NCBI GenBank assembly: GCA_046760105.1 | Contig: JBHIDJ010000008.1 | Location: 1,712-65,711 of the forward strand | Reading direction: 5' to 3' | DNA length: 64,000 nucleotides | Origin: Acidiferrobacterales bacterium | GTDB lineage: Bacteria; Pseudomonadota; Gammaproteobacteria; Acidiferrobacterales; SPGG2 | Shown: in pieces, positions 36,403 through 46,805 of the stretch | How positions within the stretch are numbered: position 1 is the first letter of the stretch | How the letters are laid out: every line of letters begins with the position of its first letter | Notes under the pieces: generated by a model | Database searches by the model: none | Told to the model about the DNA's origin: nothing | Seen by the model: only the letters and a program-made list of their open reading frames with translations | Made by a program: the position numbers and the translations under genes

Positions 36403-37148
36403 GGGTATTGATTGTAGACGACGAGAAGCTTGCACGTGATCGGCTGCGTGAGCTGCTATCCGATATTGGCGGCTACGACGTAATCGGCGAAGCCATGAAC
36501 GGCAATGAAGCAGTCGAGAAGACCGCCGAGCTTAATCCGGACGTGCTGCTGATGGACATCCGCATGCCAGGGATGGACGGCTTGGAAGCCGCTATGCACC
36601 TCATGGGCATGGACACCCCTCCCAGCGTGATCTTCACCACAGCCTACGACCAGCATGCACTCGATGCGTTCGAGGTCAACGCGGTCGATTACCTGCTTAA
36701 ACCTATTCGCAAGGATCGGTTAGCCAATGCGCTTACCAAGGCGCGCAAGCTAACCGCCAAGCAACTGCACGACATCAGTCAGGCTCGCCAGGAGCCACCG
36801 GCGCGGACCCATATCAGCGTCCACATGCGCGGGAATATCCGCTTGGTGCCGCTGCCGGAGATTGTCTACTTCTTGGCCGACAGCAAATACGTTGCCGTAC
36901 GCACCGCCGCCGAAGAACATCTGATCGAGGACTCGCTCGTGAATCTTGAACGCGAATTTGCCGACAAATTCATACGCGTCCACCGCAACGCCTTGGTATC
37001 CGCCACTCACATTAAGGGCATCGAAAAAAGCCCATCCGGCACCTGGCAGGTGACGCTAAAAGGGATCGATAAGCGACTGGATGTCAGCCGCCGACATGCA
37101 GCATCCGTGCGCCGCTGGGCTCGCAACCGGCCAGCCTTAGCCAGCTAG
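36399..37148 (+). CDS. algR: LytTR-family response regulator, AlgR-like
   Basis: The GTG start overlaps the kinase stop (GTGA). It has a receiver domain (VLIVDDE..DVLLMDIRMPGMDGLE) and a C-terminal LytTR domain. hemC lies downstream, as in Pseudomonas. Confidence 0.85.
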   Translation: MRVLIVDDEKLARDRLRELLSDIGGYDVIGEAMNGNEAVEKTAELNPDVLLMDIRMPGMDGLEAAMHLMGMDTPPSVIFTTAYDQHALDAFEVNAVDYLLKPIRKDRLANALTKARKLTAKQLHDISQARQEPPARTHISVHMRGNIRLVPLPEIVYFLADSKYVAVRTAAEEHLIEDSLVNLEREFADKFIRVHRNALVSATHIKGIEKSPSGTWQVTLKGIDKRLDVSRRHAASVRRWARNRPALAS

Positions 37149-37291
37149 CAGCTCGCTCATGACCACTCCTTAAACCGCGCGCGTTGCGAACAATAACCGG
37201 GCCACGGTAGCGCGTTATCGCGTGTTATTTGACTTGGCAGATCAGATTTACCACAGTACACGCCTCGATTGTAACCGTACCCCGCTGCAAC

Positions 37292-38230
37292 ATGTCGAGC
37301 ACGCTGCGCATCGCCACCCGTAAGAGCCAGCTGGCCCTTTGGCAGGCCGACTACGTGCGTACACAGCTGTTGCAACACCACCCGCAGCTGCGAGTAGAGC
37401 TGGTAAAACTAACCACCCAAGGAGACAAAATCTTAGACACCCCTTTAGCCTATGTCGGCGGGAAAGGGCTTTTTATAAAAGAACTCGAGCAGGCGCTGCT
37501 CGACGGTCGCGCTGACATCGCGGTGCACTCGATGAAGGACTTAACGGTAAGCTTGCCGGAGGGTCTGCACATCGCTGCTATTTGCGAACGCGAAGATCCG
37601 CGCGATGCATTCGTATCCAATAGCTACGAGGACTTTACACAGCTACCGCCGCGGTCACGCGTCGGCACGTCAAGCCTCAGACGACAGTGCCAGCTGCGCG
37701 CGGCGTTTCCGCACCTTAACGTCATGAACCTCCGCGGCAATGTAAACACGCGTCTGCGCAAACTCGATGCCGGTGAATTCGATGCGCTCGTGCTGGCGGT
37801 GGCCGGCTTGAAGCGCTTGGGGTTCGCGAACCGGATACGCGCCTACATAGAGCCCCATGAGATGCTGCCGGCCGTCGGTCAGGGTGCCGTCGGCGTTGAG
37901 TGCAGAACCGATCATGAGGCCAATGCTTTGCTCGCAGCCCTGGATCACCCCCTGACCCGACAGTGTGTGTACGCCGAACGTGCGCTCAACGAGTGCTTGG
38001 AGGGTGGATGCCAAGTACCGATCGCCGCTTACGCTCAGGTCGACAGTGACGCCATGCATCTTCGTGGCCTGGTCGGTTATCCAGATGGACGGAGGATCAT
38101 TCGAGGCGACTCACGCGGGCCGGCAGACCAACCGCGGGCGCTTGGCGAGAAACTCGCGATGAATCTCATCGACCAGGGTGCTCGAAAAATCCTCGATTAT
38201 GTCTATGGCCACACCCACCATGTATCATGA
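37292..38230 (+). CDS. hemC: Hydroxymethylbilane synthase (porphobilinogen deaminase)
   Basis: Internal ATG at 37292 gives [19 protein letters not shown].., with [16 protein letters not shown] and [10 protein letters not shown]. Confidence 0.95.
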   Translation: MSSTLRIATRKSQLALWQADYVRTQLLQHHPQLRVELVKLTTQGDKILDTPLAYVGGKGLFIKELEQALLDGRADIAVHSMKDLTVSLPEGLHIAAICEREDPRDAFVSNSYEDFTQLPPRSRVGTSSLRRQCQLRAAFPHLNVMNLRGNVNTRLRKLDAGEFDALVLAVAGLKRLGFANRIRAYIEPHEMLPAVGQGAVGVECRTDHEANALLAALDHPLTRQCVYAERALNECLEGGCQVPIAAYAQVDSDAMHLRGLVGYPDGRRIIRGDSRGPADQPRALGEKLAMNLIDQGARKILDYVYGHTHHVS

Positions 38231-39014
38231 GGGCAACCTCGCCAACATACGGGTGCTGGTTACGCGCCCAAGCCATCAGGCGGAAAATCTTGCCAGGCTG
38301 ATTGAAGCGGAAAGTGGAGAAGCCATACGCTTTCCGACGGTAGAAATTCTGGAACCACTCGATAGCGCTCGGCTGGCCGCACTCATCGACCGTCTGGAGC
38401 AGTTCGATATCGCCATATTCATCAGCCCCAACGCGGTAAATAGGGCGATGAGTATGATCACGGCACGCCGCGGTAAATTGCCTGATATGCTGGCGCTCGC
38501 GTGTGTCGGCCGCGGCAGTGCACGCGAGCTCAAACGCTTCGGTGTAAAGACGCCGCTCGTGCCCAACGGGCGCTATGACAGCGAGGCCTTGTTAGCGCTG
38601 CCTGTGCTCCATAACGTAGAGCATAAAAAGGTGGTCATCTTCCGCGGTAAAGGCGGCCGCGAGTTGCTTGACAACACCTTGCGCGAACGCGGGGCGCATG
38701 TCGAATATGCCGAATGTTATCGCCGCACAAAACCGACGACAGACATGACACGATTGTTGCGCCAGCGGCTGCGCGGTACGATCGACATCGTGAGCGTAAC
38801 CAGTGTCGAAGGCGTGCGACACCTGCTCGATATGGTCGGGAAAGCTGGAAAGCAGTGGCTCCTGAAGACCCCGGTAGTAGTCATCAGTGAGCGCATGGTG
38901 GCAGTCTGTCGTGAACTCGGCTTCGACGCCGGCATCTACGTCGCCGACGACGCTAGCGATGAGAGTATCGTGAGCGCGATCAAGGCGTGGCGCGCATCAC
39001 AAAATTCCCTATAA
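38220..39014 (+). CDS. hemD: Uroporphyrinogen-III synthase
   Basis: ..[21 protein letters not shown].. is the HemD pattern, and the gene occupies the hemD position. The start was chosen to minimise overlap with hemC; 38199 and 38205 are alternatives. Confidence 0.8.
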   Translation: MYHEGNLANIRVLVTRPSHQAENLARLIEAESGEAIRFPTVEILEPLDSARLAALIDRLEQFDIAIFISPNAVNRAMSMITARRGKLPDMLALACVGRGSARELKRFGVKTPLVPNGRYDSEALLALPVLHNVEHKKVVIFRGKGGRELLDNTLRERGAHVEYAECYRRTKPTTDMTRLLRQRLRGTIDIVSVTSVEGVRHLLDMVGKAGKQWLLKTPVVVISERMVAVCRELGFDAGIYVADDASDESIVSAIKAWRASQNSL

Positions 39015-39047
39015 TCGAGCCAAGTGCTGACACACCGCAAATGACCG

Positions 39048-40151
39048 ATGACTGAAAACGACCAACAACAAGCACCACAAACCGAAGAACCATCCGTAGA
39101 AACCGCCGACGACCAGGTGGAAAAACCGGTGACCAAAGTGCGCACCGGCAGGGCGTGGGCGGCAATCGCGTTTTTGTTCTCGATTGCTGCGCTGGCGGCC
39201 AGCGGCTATCTAGGATACATGTACTACCAAAAGCAGGATCTTTTTGCTGCCGATGTGCTCGGGACACTCACCCAGCTTGAGACCAACACCGAGCAGATTC
39301 AACAAGGACGGTCTACGATCGAAAAAAACCTGCAGGGCTTTGAACAGAAGCTCAACGACCTCAAACAGATCCAGGATACGTTGGGTACGGCCATCGAAAG
39401 GATGGCTAACGACCTCGGACGCAACCGCAATGACTGGGTGTTATCGGAGACCGAACAGCTGTTGGTCATTGCCAATCACCGCCTGCAGCTCGCGCACGAT
39501 ATCGATACGGCTGTGACTGCGCTGCGCGCCGCCGATCGGCGGCTACAGCAACTCGCCGATCCGGGCTTGCTGTCGGTCAGAAAACTGATAGCTGCCGAAG
39601 TCGCCGAATTGCAGTCGCTCGAGCGTGCCGATGTCCCGGGGATCGCGCTTAGACTGGGCAGCCTGGCGAAGACGCTCGATCGGCTTCCGCTCGATGTTGA
39701 GCGAAGTTTTAGGCCGCCGGCTGTGCCCGTGCCGGCTGAGCCGCAAACGAGCGCTGAGAAATCTAGAGTGTGGAACGCGCTCTCGAAAATGTGGCGTGAC
39801 CTCATGGGGCAGATACGAATCCGCAAAGCCACGGACTTGCAAAAACCCTTGCTCGCGCCTGATCAAAGTTACTTCCTGCATGAAAATCTTCGGTTGATGT
39901 TGTATGGCGCACAGCTTGCCGTATTGCAAGCGGACGTTGCCACGTACGGGCAAAACCTGAAGTCGGCACAAACCTGGATCAACGACTACTTCGAGACCGA
40001 CAGTCAAGCGGTCGTACGCTTTCAGGAAGAACTGAAAGGGTTGGCTGGTGAAAAGATTGTCGTCGAGCTACCCGATATCTCTGCCTCGCTCGACGCGCTA
40101 CGGGCCGCGACGAGCAAGCAGGCCGGGTCGCAAATGCAGGCGGACCTGTGA
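39048..40151 (+). CDS. hemX: HemX family membrane protein
   Basis: 367 aa with an acidic N-terminus, one TM helix and a long coiled-coil periplasmic part. It sits between hemD and hemY. Confidence 0.8.
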   Translation: MTENDQQQAPQTEEPSVETADDQVEKPVTKVRTGRAWAAIAFLFSIAALAASGYLGYMYYQKQDLFAADVLGTLTQLETNTEQIQQGRSTIEKNLQGFEQKLNDLKQIQDTLGTAIERMANDLGRNRNDWVLSETEQLLVIANHRLQLAHDIDTAVTALRAADRRLQQLADPGLLSVRKLIAAEVAELQSLERADVPGIALRLGSLAKTLDRLPLDVERSFRPPAVPVPAEPQTSAEKSRVWNALSKMWRDLMGQIRIRKATDLQKPLLAPDQSYFLHENLRLMLYGAQLAVLQADVATYGQNLKSAQTWINDYFETDSQAVVRFQEELKGLAGEKIVVELPDISASLDALRAATSKQAGSQMQADL

Positions 40152-41392
40152 AGATACTCATCTTTTTCGTTTTGATCCTGTTTGTTGCGGTGTTCGGAAC
40201 GCTATACACCGTCGGGGATCCGGGCTACGTACTGATTGCGCGTGCACCCTGGACCATCGAGATGCCTCTGGTCATGTTTGTACCGTTGCTGATCGTCACT
40301 TTTATCGTGCTGCACTATTTATGGGGGTTCGTACGACGTATGTGGCACTTGCCGCAAGATGTCTCATACTGGCGGCTCGATCGGAATACTAAAAGGGCAC
40401 GTGACGCGCTGACGCAGGGTCTGATCACGCTGGCTGAGGGCGATTGGAGCAAGGCGCACTCGCGGTTGCTGGCGGGACTACAAAATGGTGATAGTCCGTT
40501 GCTCAACTACCTCGGCGCGGCATGTGCGAGCCAGGCCTTGGGCGATACGGAAAAACGCGACGAGTATCTGTCGGAAGCACAGAAGGCCGCACCGGATCAG
40601 AGCCTCGCGGTCGCAATGACGCAAGCCCACCTGTACTCGTGGACAGAGCAACACGAGCGGGCGCTGGCGACACTGTCAGAACTAAGAACGGTCGCACCGA
40701 AACACGTTCACATACTAAAGCTCCTGGTTAAGACCTATGTGGCACTGCATGATTGGACTAGTCTCGCCGAGCTGATACCCGATCTTAGAAAGAATAAAGT
40801 ACTAGACCCCGAAGCCATGGACCAATTGGAACTACAGGTACACTGTGAGCTCTTGAAACTATCCTTACCGTCGGGCTCGCCAAAACTGCTTCGACGTGCT
40901 TGGCATGCGGTTCCGCGATCACTACGGCATCACCCCAAGCTGCTTGCCATCTACAGCGATCACCTGATCAAGCAAAGTCAAATGAACGAGGCGGAAGTGC
41001 TGCTGAGCGACGCGATAAGGCGCGACTGGAACGAAGAGCTCGTGGCCTTATATGGGCTCGCCCGCAGCGAGAATCCCTCGGCGCAGTTGCGCACGGCCGA
41101 GGGGTGGCTTTCCGGTCGACCCGATGATCCCGCGCTGTTGCTTACGCTCGGGCGGCTTTCGCGTTACAACGAGCTTTGGGGTAAAGCGCGAAGTTATCTC
41201 GAAACATCCGTTAAGGGTCGCCCGACGGCGGAGACGTACCACGAGTTGGGTGGTCTGATGGAACAGTTGGGGGAAACCGACAGAGCGCTTGACTGCTACC
41301 GCCGCGGCCTCGACGCATTGGGTGCGGATACGCCCGCTTTGCCCTCACCTAAGCCGCGTGCATCCGCTCCGCGCCAGAGCGCGGCGGGCTAG
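40148..41392 (+). CDS. hemY: HemY family protein (HemY_N plus TPR)
   Basis: The GTG start overlaps the hemX stop. It has two N-terminal TM helices followed by TPR-like repeats. Confidence 0.85.
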   Translation: MKILIFFVLILFVAVFGTLYTVGDPGYVLIARAPWTIEMPLVMFVPLLIVTFIVLHYLWGFVRRMWHLPQDVSYWRLDRNTKRARDALTQGLITLAEGDWSKAHSRLLAGLQNGDSPLLNYLGAACASQALGDTEKRDEYLSEAQKAAPDQSLAVAMTQAHLYSWTEQHERALATLSELRTVAPKHVHILKLLVKTYVALHDWTSLAELIPDLRKNKVLDPEAMDQLELQVHCELLKLSLPSGSPKLLRRAWHAVPRSLRHHPKLLAIYSDHLIKQSQMNEAEVLLSDAIRRDWNEELVALYGLARSENPSAQLRTAEGWLSGRPDDPALLLTLGRLSRYNELWGKARSYLETSVKGRPTAETYHELGGLMEQLGETDRALDCYRRGLDALGADTPALPSPKPRASAPRQSAAG

Positions 41393-41456
41393 CACGAGCC
41401 CATACGCCAGCGATAAGGCATGCGTTTCACAGCGCCTTTGTCGGCGCCGTCAGCGC

Positions 41457-42467
41457 CTAATGGTTAAACTCAAACGAATCGAAGTAGAAACGATCCGTCG
41501 GCAGTCCGTGCGCGGCGAACGCCGTCTGTCCTGCCTCAATCATCGGCGGTGGGCCACTGGCATAGACCTCATAGTCGCCTAGATCCGGATAGTCCTGCAG
41601 CAACGCCTCGTGCACCCAACCCGTGCGACCATCCCAGTTATCTTCGGCCGGCGCTTCAGATAACACCGGCGTGTATTCGAAGTTGTGATGCTCTCGTGCC
41701 CACGACAATGCCAGTTCGTGCATGTACAAATCGCACTCGCCGCGTGCCCCCCAAAACAAATGCATGGGTCGGGTTTCACTCTTGGCAAACGCGTGCTCGA
41801 GGATGCTTTTGACTGGCGCGAAACCCGTGCCTCCTGCCATTAGCAAGATAGGGCGCTCAGAGTCATCGCGTAGGAAAAAGATTCCGTAGGGGCCCTGGAA
41901 ACGCAATAAATCCCGCTCCTTCATTCTATTGAAGACGTGGTCAGTGAAGTGCCCATCAGGTACTTGCCGCACATGAACCTGCAGAAATTCATCGTCATGC
42001 GGCGCGTTTGCGAGCGAAAAACTGCGGCGACGCCCATCGCGCAATAGGATGTCGATATATTGACCGGCCAAGAACTGCAAGCGCTCGGCTGCCGGCAGCT
42101 TAAGGTGTAAACCCATCACGTCATGCGTCAACTTTTCTAGCTGCATAACGCGACACGGTAACGTCTTGATAGCAATGCCCTCGGCAGCACTGACTTCGCG
42201 CGCCTCGAGCACCAAGTCTTCGCGCGGTACCGCCTGGCAAAACAGTGCCTTGCCAGCGGCTCTCTCAGCCTCTGGTAACGCCTTTTGTTGGTACTCGCCG
42301 TAATCAACGGTGCCGCTCAGAATCTTGCCCTTGCAGGCACCACAAGCGCCGTTGCGGCAGCTGTATGGCAGCGCCAGCCCGTGTCGTAGAGCAGCGTCGA
42401 GCACCCTTTCCTGATCCTCAACCACAAACTCATGGCCGCTGGGTTCGATACGTATTTTGAAGCTCAT
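41457..42467 (-). CDS. 2Fe-2S ferredoxin / FAD / NAD(P)-binding oxidoreductase (AscD/Fre family)
   Basis: 336 aa with N-terminal plant-type ferredoxin Cys (CRNGACGACKGK..C), then RRSFSLAN (FAD) and LLMAGGTGFAP (NAD). Confidence 0.85.
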   Translation of the reverse strand: MSFKIRIEPSGHEFVVEDQERVLDAALRHGLALPYSCRNGACGACKGKILSGTVDYGEYQQKALPEAERAAGKALFCQAVPREDLVLEAREVSAAEGIAIKTLPCRVMQLEKLTHDVMGLHLKLPAAERLQFLAGQYIDILLRDGRRRSFSLANAPHDDEFLQVHVRQVPDGHFTDHVFNRMKERDLLRFQGPYGIFFLRDDSERPILLMAGGTGFAPVKSILEHAFAKSETRPMHLFWGARGECDLYMHELALSWAREHHNFEYTPVLSEAPAEDNWDGRTGWVHEALLQDYPDLGDYEVYASGPPPMIEAGQTAFAAHGLPTDRFYFDSFEFNH

Positions 42468-42715
42468 TTAGACAGCAACGATATTTTCCGCACGGGCCAA
42501 TTTTAAACCGTCACATCACTCGACCGCACCCCCTATGGGTACGCACGAAAGCGCACGCGGTGGGTGTCGTCCAACACCCCATTTGGCAGGGCAATGCGTT
42601 ACACGTTTGCGGCAACGTGTTTCGTCCCCATTGTGTAACCATTGACAAACCACTAGCAGCTGCTTTTAATTGCGCAGCGTGCGCAACCACCCCACTAAAA
42701 TGGACTTGCCCCCTC

Positions 42716-43669
42716 ATGTGCAGTGACCTTTTGGTAGACGTACAAGGCGTCTCACGCTTCTACGGCGAAACCCAAGCAGTCAATCGCATCAGCTTTAAGA
42801 TCTTTCAGGGCGAGGTGCTCGGCTTCCTCGGCCCGAATGGTGCCGGCAAAACCACCACTATGCAAATCATTAGCGGTAACCTCGCGCCAAGCGAAGGCAC
42901 GGTTACCATTGCCGGCCACGACTTACGCGAACAACCGCGCGCGGCCAAAGCGGCGCTCGGCTACCTGCCGGAACAACCTCCTCTCCACCGTGAACTAACG
43001 GTCGATGAGTATCTGGATTACTGCGCCGCGTTGAATCGTATTCCACGCCGACAAAGCAAGGCCGCACGCGAGGCCTCGAAGGAAAAGTGTGGCCTACAAG
43101 ATATGGGTAGACGGCTCATCGGAAATCTGTCGAAAGGTTTCCAGCAGCGTGTGGGCTTGGCGCAAGCGATCATTCATCTGCCGCCGGTTGTGATCCTCGA
43201 TGAACCCACCATCGGGCTGGATCCAATCCAGATTCGTGAAATACGCAGCCTCATTCGCGAACTCGGAAAAGACCACGCAGTGATACTCTCGACCCATATC
43301 CTGCCTGAAGTGCGAACGAGTTGTGACCGCGTACAGATCATCAACAAGGGTTCGCTCGTGCTTAGCGAGAGTATCGAAGGGTTGTCCCGCTATATGAAGT
43401 CAACGACGCTGTCTGTGGCCTTCCGGCAGCCGCCGGCGTTGCCGGTACTACAACAAATCCCAGGGATAAAGACGGCACAGGCGGATGGCGAAAATCGGGT
43501 GCAGGTCTTTTGCGAACCGGCCCAAGATCCGACCGAACAGATCATCAGGCTGGCGGCTGAAAAAGGTTGGGGTCTATACGAGATCACACCACAAAGTGCA
43601 TCGCTCGAGCAGATCTTCGTTGAACTCACTACCGAAGAACCGACGTGCACCCAGGAGACGGAGGCGTGA
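42716..43669 (+). CDS. ABC transporter ATP-binding protein (GldA-like)
   Basis: Internal ATG at 42716. It has Walker A GPNGAGKTT, signature LSKGFQQR and Walker B VVILDEP. Confidence 0.9.
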   Translation: MCSDLLVDVQGVSRFYGETQAVNRISFKIFQGEVLGFLGPNGAGKTTTMQIISGNLAPSEGTVTIAGHDLREQPRAAKAALGYLPEQPPLHRELTVDEYLDYCAALNRIPRRQSKAAREASKEKCGLQDMGRRLIGNLSKGFQQRVGLAQAIIHLPPVVILDEPTIGLDPIQIREIRSLIRELGKDHAVILSTHILPEVRTSCDRVQIINKGSLVLSESIEGLSRYMKSTTLSVAFRQPPALPVLQQIPGIKTAQADGENRVQVFCEPAQDPTEQIIRLAAEKGWGLYEITPQSASLEQIFVELTTEEPTCTQETEA

Positions 43670-44421
43670 TATTCACGATCGCACTGCGCGAGCTCAGGAT
43701 ATTGTTCCTGTCGCCGCTTGCGTGGGCAATTCTCGCGGTTGTGCAGCTGATCTTGGCCTTTATGTTTCTAAGTCATATCGAGGGATACCTCGTCTTACAG
43801 CCACAACTGTTGACAATGAAGAACGCCCCCGGTGTCACCGAGTTGATTGTCGGGCGCTTATTTAGCGGCACCGCTATTGTGCTGTTGCTCGTTGTGCCGC
43901 TGCTGACGATGCGTTTGATCAGTGAAGAGCGGCGCAACCGTACGCTCACACTGTTGTTCAGTGCACCAATCTCAATGACCGAAATCGTACTCGGCAAGTA
44001 TCTTGGCGTGCTTGCGTTCTTGCTGCTGCTGGTGGCCTTGATAGCGCTCATGCCGTTGTCCCTACTCGCAGCCGCGGCCCTCGATGTAGGCATGGTCTTG
44101 TCTGGAGTGCTCGGTCTAACGCTAGTACTTGGTGGCTTCGCGGCGGTGGGGCTATTCATGTCAACCCTCACCCAGCATCCCACGGTCGCGGCGATCAGCA
44201 CGTTTGGTGTGCTGTTGTTATTCTGGCTGCTGGATTGGTCAGGCGAGGGGCTATCGGAAGGCGGTAACTGGCTCGCCTATCTATCGTTGCTCAACCACTA
44301 TGAGCCGTTCCTTCGCGGCGTTTTCGACAGCGCCGATGCGGTCTACCACCTATTGTTTATCTTGACGTTTGTCGTGTTGAGCGTGCGTCGCTTGGACAGC
44401 GACCGTCTCGGGGGTTGGTGA
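43666..44421 (+). CDS. ABC-2 type transporter permease (GldF-like)
   Basis: The GTG at 43666 overlaps the ATPase stop (GTGA) and is preceded by GGAGACGGAGG. It has six predicted TM segments. Confidence 0.85.
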   Translation: MIFTIALRELRILFLSPLAWAILAVVQLILAFMFLSHIEGYLVLQPQLLTMKNAPGVTELIVGRLFSGTAIVLLLVVPLLTMRLISEERRNRTLTLLFSAPISMTEIVLGKYLGVLAFLLLLVALIALMPLSLLAAAALDVGMVLSGVLGLTLVLGGFAAVGLFMSTLTQHPTVAAISTFGVLLLFWLLDWSGEGLSEGGNWLAYLSLLNHYEPFLRGVFDSADAVYHLLFILTFVVLSVRRLDSDRLGGW

Positions 44422-45761
44422 TGCGCGCGTCACCGCCGTCGAAATGGCAGTTGCGTCTAGTCAATACAATGTTTGTGCTGCTGCTGCTGGTTGCGATCGG
44501 GTTGCTGCAGTGGCTCAGCCGCGACCATCCGCTGCGGTTCGACTGGACACAAAACGCGCGCAACTCTATATCCGAGGCCAGTATCGCCGCCATCGAACGC
44601 CTCGATAAACCCATCAAAATCACTGCCTTCGCTAGTCAGCGCGCTAACCTGCGTGCTGCAATTCGCGAGCTGATCAGCCGCTATCAGAAGCACAAGTCGG
44701 ATATTGAACTCGAATTTGTCAACCCCGACCTTGACCCGGAACGGGCGCGTGCGGCCGGTATTCGCTTCGAGGGCGAGCTGATGGTCGAATACGAAGGTGT
44801 GACCGAAACCTTAGCACAGCTCAGCGAAGAAGATATTACCAATACATTTGTCCGTCTGGGTCATCGCGGCGAGCGCTGGTTTGTATTCCTGGGGGGGCAT
44901 GGGGAACGCAGTCCTGATGGGCGCGCTAACTTTGATTTGGCTGACTGGGCAACTGAACTGCGCAAACGTGGGTTCCAGACGCGCGTGTTGGTGCTCGCCG
45001 AGCATCCACAAATACCACAAAACACCGCTGCCATAGTGATCGCTGGTCCGCGCGCCGCGCTGCTGCCCGGCGAGGTCAAGGCTATCGAGAGTTACATCGT
45101 TGCCGGCGGCAATCTCTTGTGGTTGGCAGACCCCGGGCCGCTGCACGGCCTGGAGCCGATCGCCGAGATGCTCGGGATCGAATTCCAGCCCGGCGTCATC
45201 GTCGATCCCGGGTCGGAGGTGGTCACCGGCAACGCGACCGCTGTGGTCGCCACCCGCTACAGCGCCCATCCAGCCGTCAAGAACTTCCGCAACGTCACCC
45301 TTTTCCCAAGCGCGGTCGGCATTCGCCTGCAGGCACCCGCGGGTTGGCGCGGGGCGGCCCTGTTTAACACGCGTGACTCGGCGTGGGCCGAAACCGGTTC
45401 CCTCAGCGGCCCCGTCCAGTTAGACAAAGGTAAGGATACCGCCGGCCCGCTGAGCCTTGCGGTGGCGCTTGCCCGCGAACACTCGGACACCGAGCAACGG
45501 GTGGTCGTTCTGGGCGATGGCGATTTCCTTTCCAACCGCTTCCTGGGTAACGGCGTCAACCTCGAACTTGGTCTGAGCGTCGCCAACTGGATCAGTCGAG
45601 ATGACGCCTATGTCAGCATACCAGTGAGAACCAATCCGGACCGCAACCTGGAGCTGACGCAAACAACGCGGTTGTTCATCGCCGGTGGGTTTCTGTTTCT
45701 GCTCCCAGTTCTGCTGATCGTAGCTGGCACCCTCATCTGGTCACGGCGGCGCAAGCTCTGA
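44421..45761 (+). CDS. GldG-like ABC-transporter auxiliary protein
   Basis: The ATG overlaps the previous stop (TGATG). It has N- and C-terminal TM anchors around a large periplasmic domain, and it follows the ABC-2 permease in the usual gene order. Confidence 0.75.
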   Translation: MRASPPSKWQLRLVNTMFVLLLLVAIGLLQWLSRDHPLRFDWTQNARNSISEASIAAIERLDKPIKITAFASQRANLRAAIRELISRYQKHKSDIELEFVNPDLDPERARAAGIRFEGELMVEYEGVTETLAQLSEEDITNTFVRLGHRGERWFVFLGGHGERSPDGRANFDLADWATELRKRGFQTRVLVLAEHPQIPQNTAAIVIAGPRAALLPGEVKAIESYIVAGGNLLWLADPGPLHGLEPIAEMLGIEFQPGVIVDPGSEVVTGNATAVVATRYSAHPAVKNFRNVTLFPSAVGIRLQAPAGWRGAALFNTRDSAWAETGSLSGPVQLDKGKDTAGPLSLAVALAREHSDTEQRVVVLGDGDFLSNRFLGNGVNLELGLSVANWISRDDAYVSIPVRTNPDRNLELTQTTRLFIAGGFLFLLPVLLIVAGTLIWSRRRKL

Positions 45762-45780
45762 TACACGGCTGGCCGGACAC

Positions 45781-46644
45781 ATGCGTAGTCGGTGGCTGTT
45801 GAACCTGGGTCTGCTGGCGTTAGTGATGTTGCTCGTCGTTGTCGTCCTCTATGAGGACGGTGCAGACAACGCACAACCGAACGCACCGTTAACAACGCTA
45901 GACACGGAGAAGATCAACAGCATACGCATTCAAAAAGAAAACAACGATCAGCTTCGATTGGAAAGAAACAAAGACGGATGGTTTTTGGTAGCACCTCTGC
46001 GGGCGCGGGCTGATCGTTTGCGCGTACAAAGCTTGCTGCGTCTCGCCATTGCCAGCAGCGAGCTGCGCCGTCCGGCCACCAGCGATAATATCGGTAAGTA
46101 TGGCCTCGACAAGCCAAAGGCGCGTGTGTGGTTTGATAACGAGGAAATCCAACTGGGAACACACCACCCGTTCAAGAAGGCTCGATACGTACTTTACAAC
46201 GGCGAGCTACACTTGGTTCGCGCACTTGATTTCGATCCGGCATCACAGCGGCACACCGATCTTATCAGCCACCGCCTATTTGCAGAGGGCCGGCGACCGG
46301 TGACTTTTGAGTTGCCAGAGCTGACGTTGCGGCGAACGGATGGGAAGTGGCAGATGCGGCCCGCGAATGACGACATCACGCCTGACCGCATCAATCAACT
46401 GGCAGATGAATGGCGCTTTGCGCGCGCACTGGCGGTCGAGCGCTACGGCGGGCAAGACGTACGTGGCTGGATCCGCGTAACACTCAAAGATGTAAGCGGC
46501 GGCGAAAAGAACGACCAACAACTCGTTGAGCTGGGCATCCTGAGCGACGATCCGGGGTTTGTCCTCTACCGCAAAGACGAAGGGCTCACATACCGGTTCA
46601 CCGAGCATACGGGGAAGCGGCTAATGAATATAAAAAGCGAGTAG
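45781..46644 (+). CDS. DUF4340 domain protein
   Basis: 287 aa with an N-terminal TM helix. It sits downstream of gldG-like, the typical DUF4340 context. Its stop codon TAG is the first heptad of repeat C. Confidence 0.65.
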   Translation: MRSRWLLNLGLLALVMLLVVVVLYEDGADNAQPNAPLTTLDTEKINSIRIQKENNDQLRLERNKDGWFLVAPLRARADRLRVQSLLRLAIASSELRRPATSDNIGKYGLDKPKARVWFDNEEIQLGTHHPFKKARYVLYNGELHLVRALDFDPASQRHTDLISHRLFAEGRRPVTFELPELTLRRTDGKWQMRPANDDITPDRINQLADEWRFARALAVERYGGQDVRGWIRVTLKDVSGGEKNDQQLVELGILSDDPGFVLYRKDEGLTYRFTEHTGKRLMNIKSE

Positions 46645-46798
46645 CAAGTAGCAAGAAAAACAACTAAAGGCAAAGTTGATCGATTTGACGTCTTTGCTGG
46701 ACTTTACCGCTGTGACTTAGAACTGCTACCGGACGTACCAGTATTCCTAACTTGTTACTTTCACTTGCTACTTGTCACTTGCTCCTTGCAACTTGTTT
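46639..46798. repeat. Heptad-array palindromic element, copy C (asymmetric)
   Basis: Left arm: GAG TAGCAAG TAGCAAG (46639-46655). Right arm: CTTGTTA CTTTCA CTTGCTA CTTGTCA CTTGCTC CTTGCAA CTTGTTT (46751-46798). The 95-nt spacer has its own hairpin GCAAAG..CTTTGC (46670-46697). Confidence 0.85.
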
Positions 46799-46805
46799 AT
46801 AAGAA

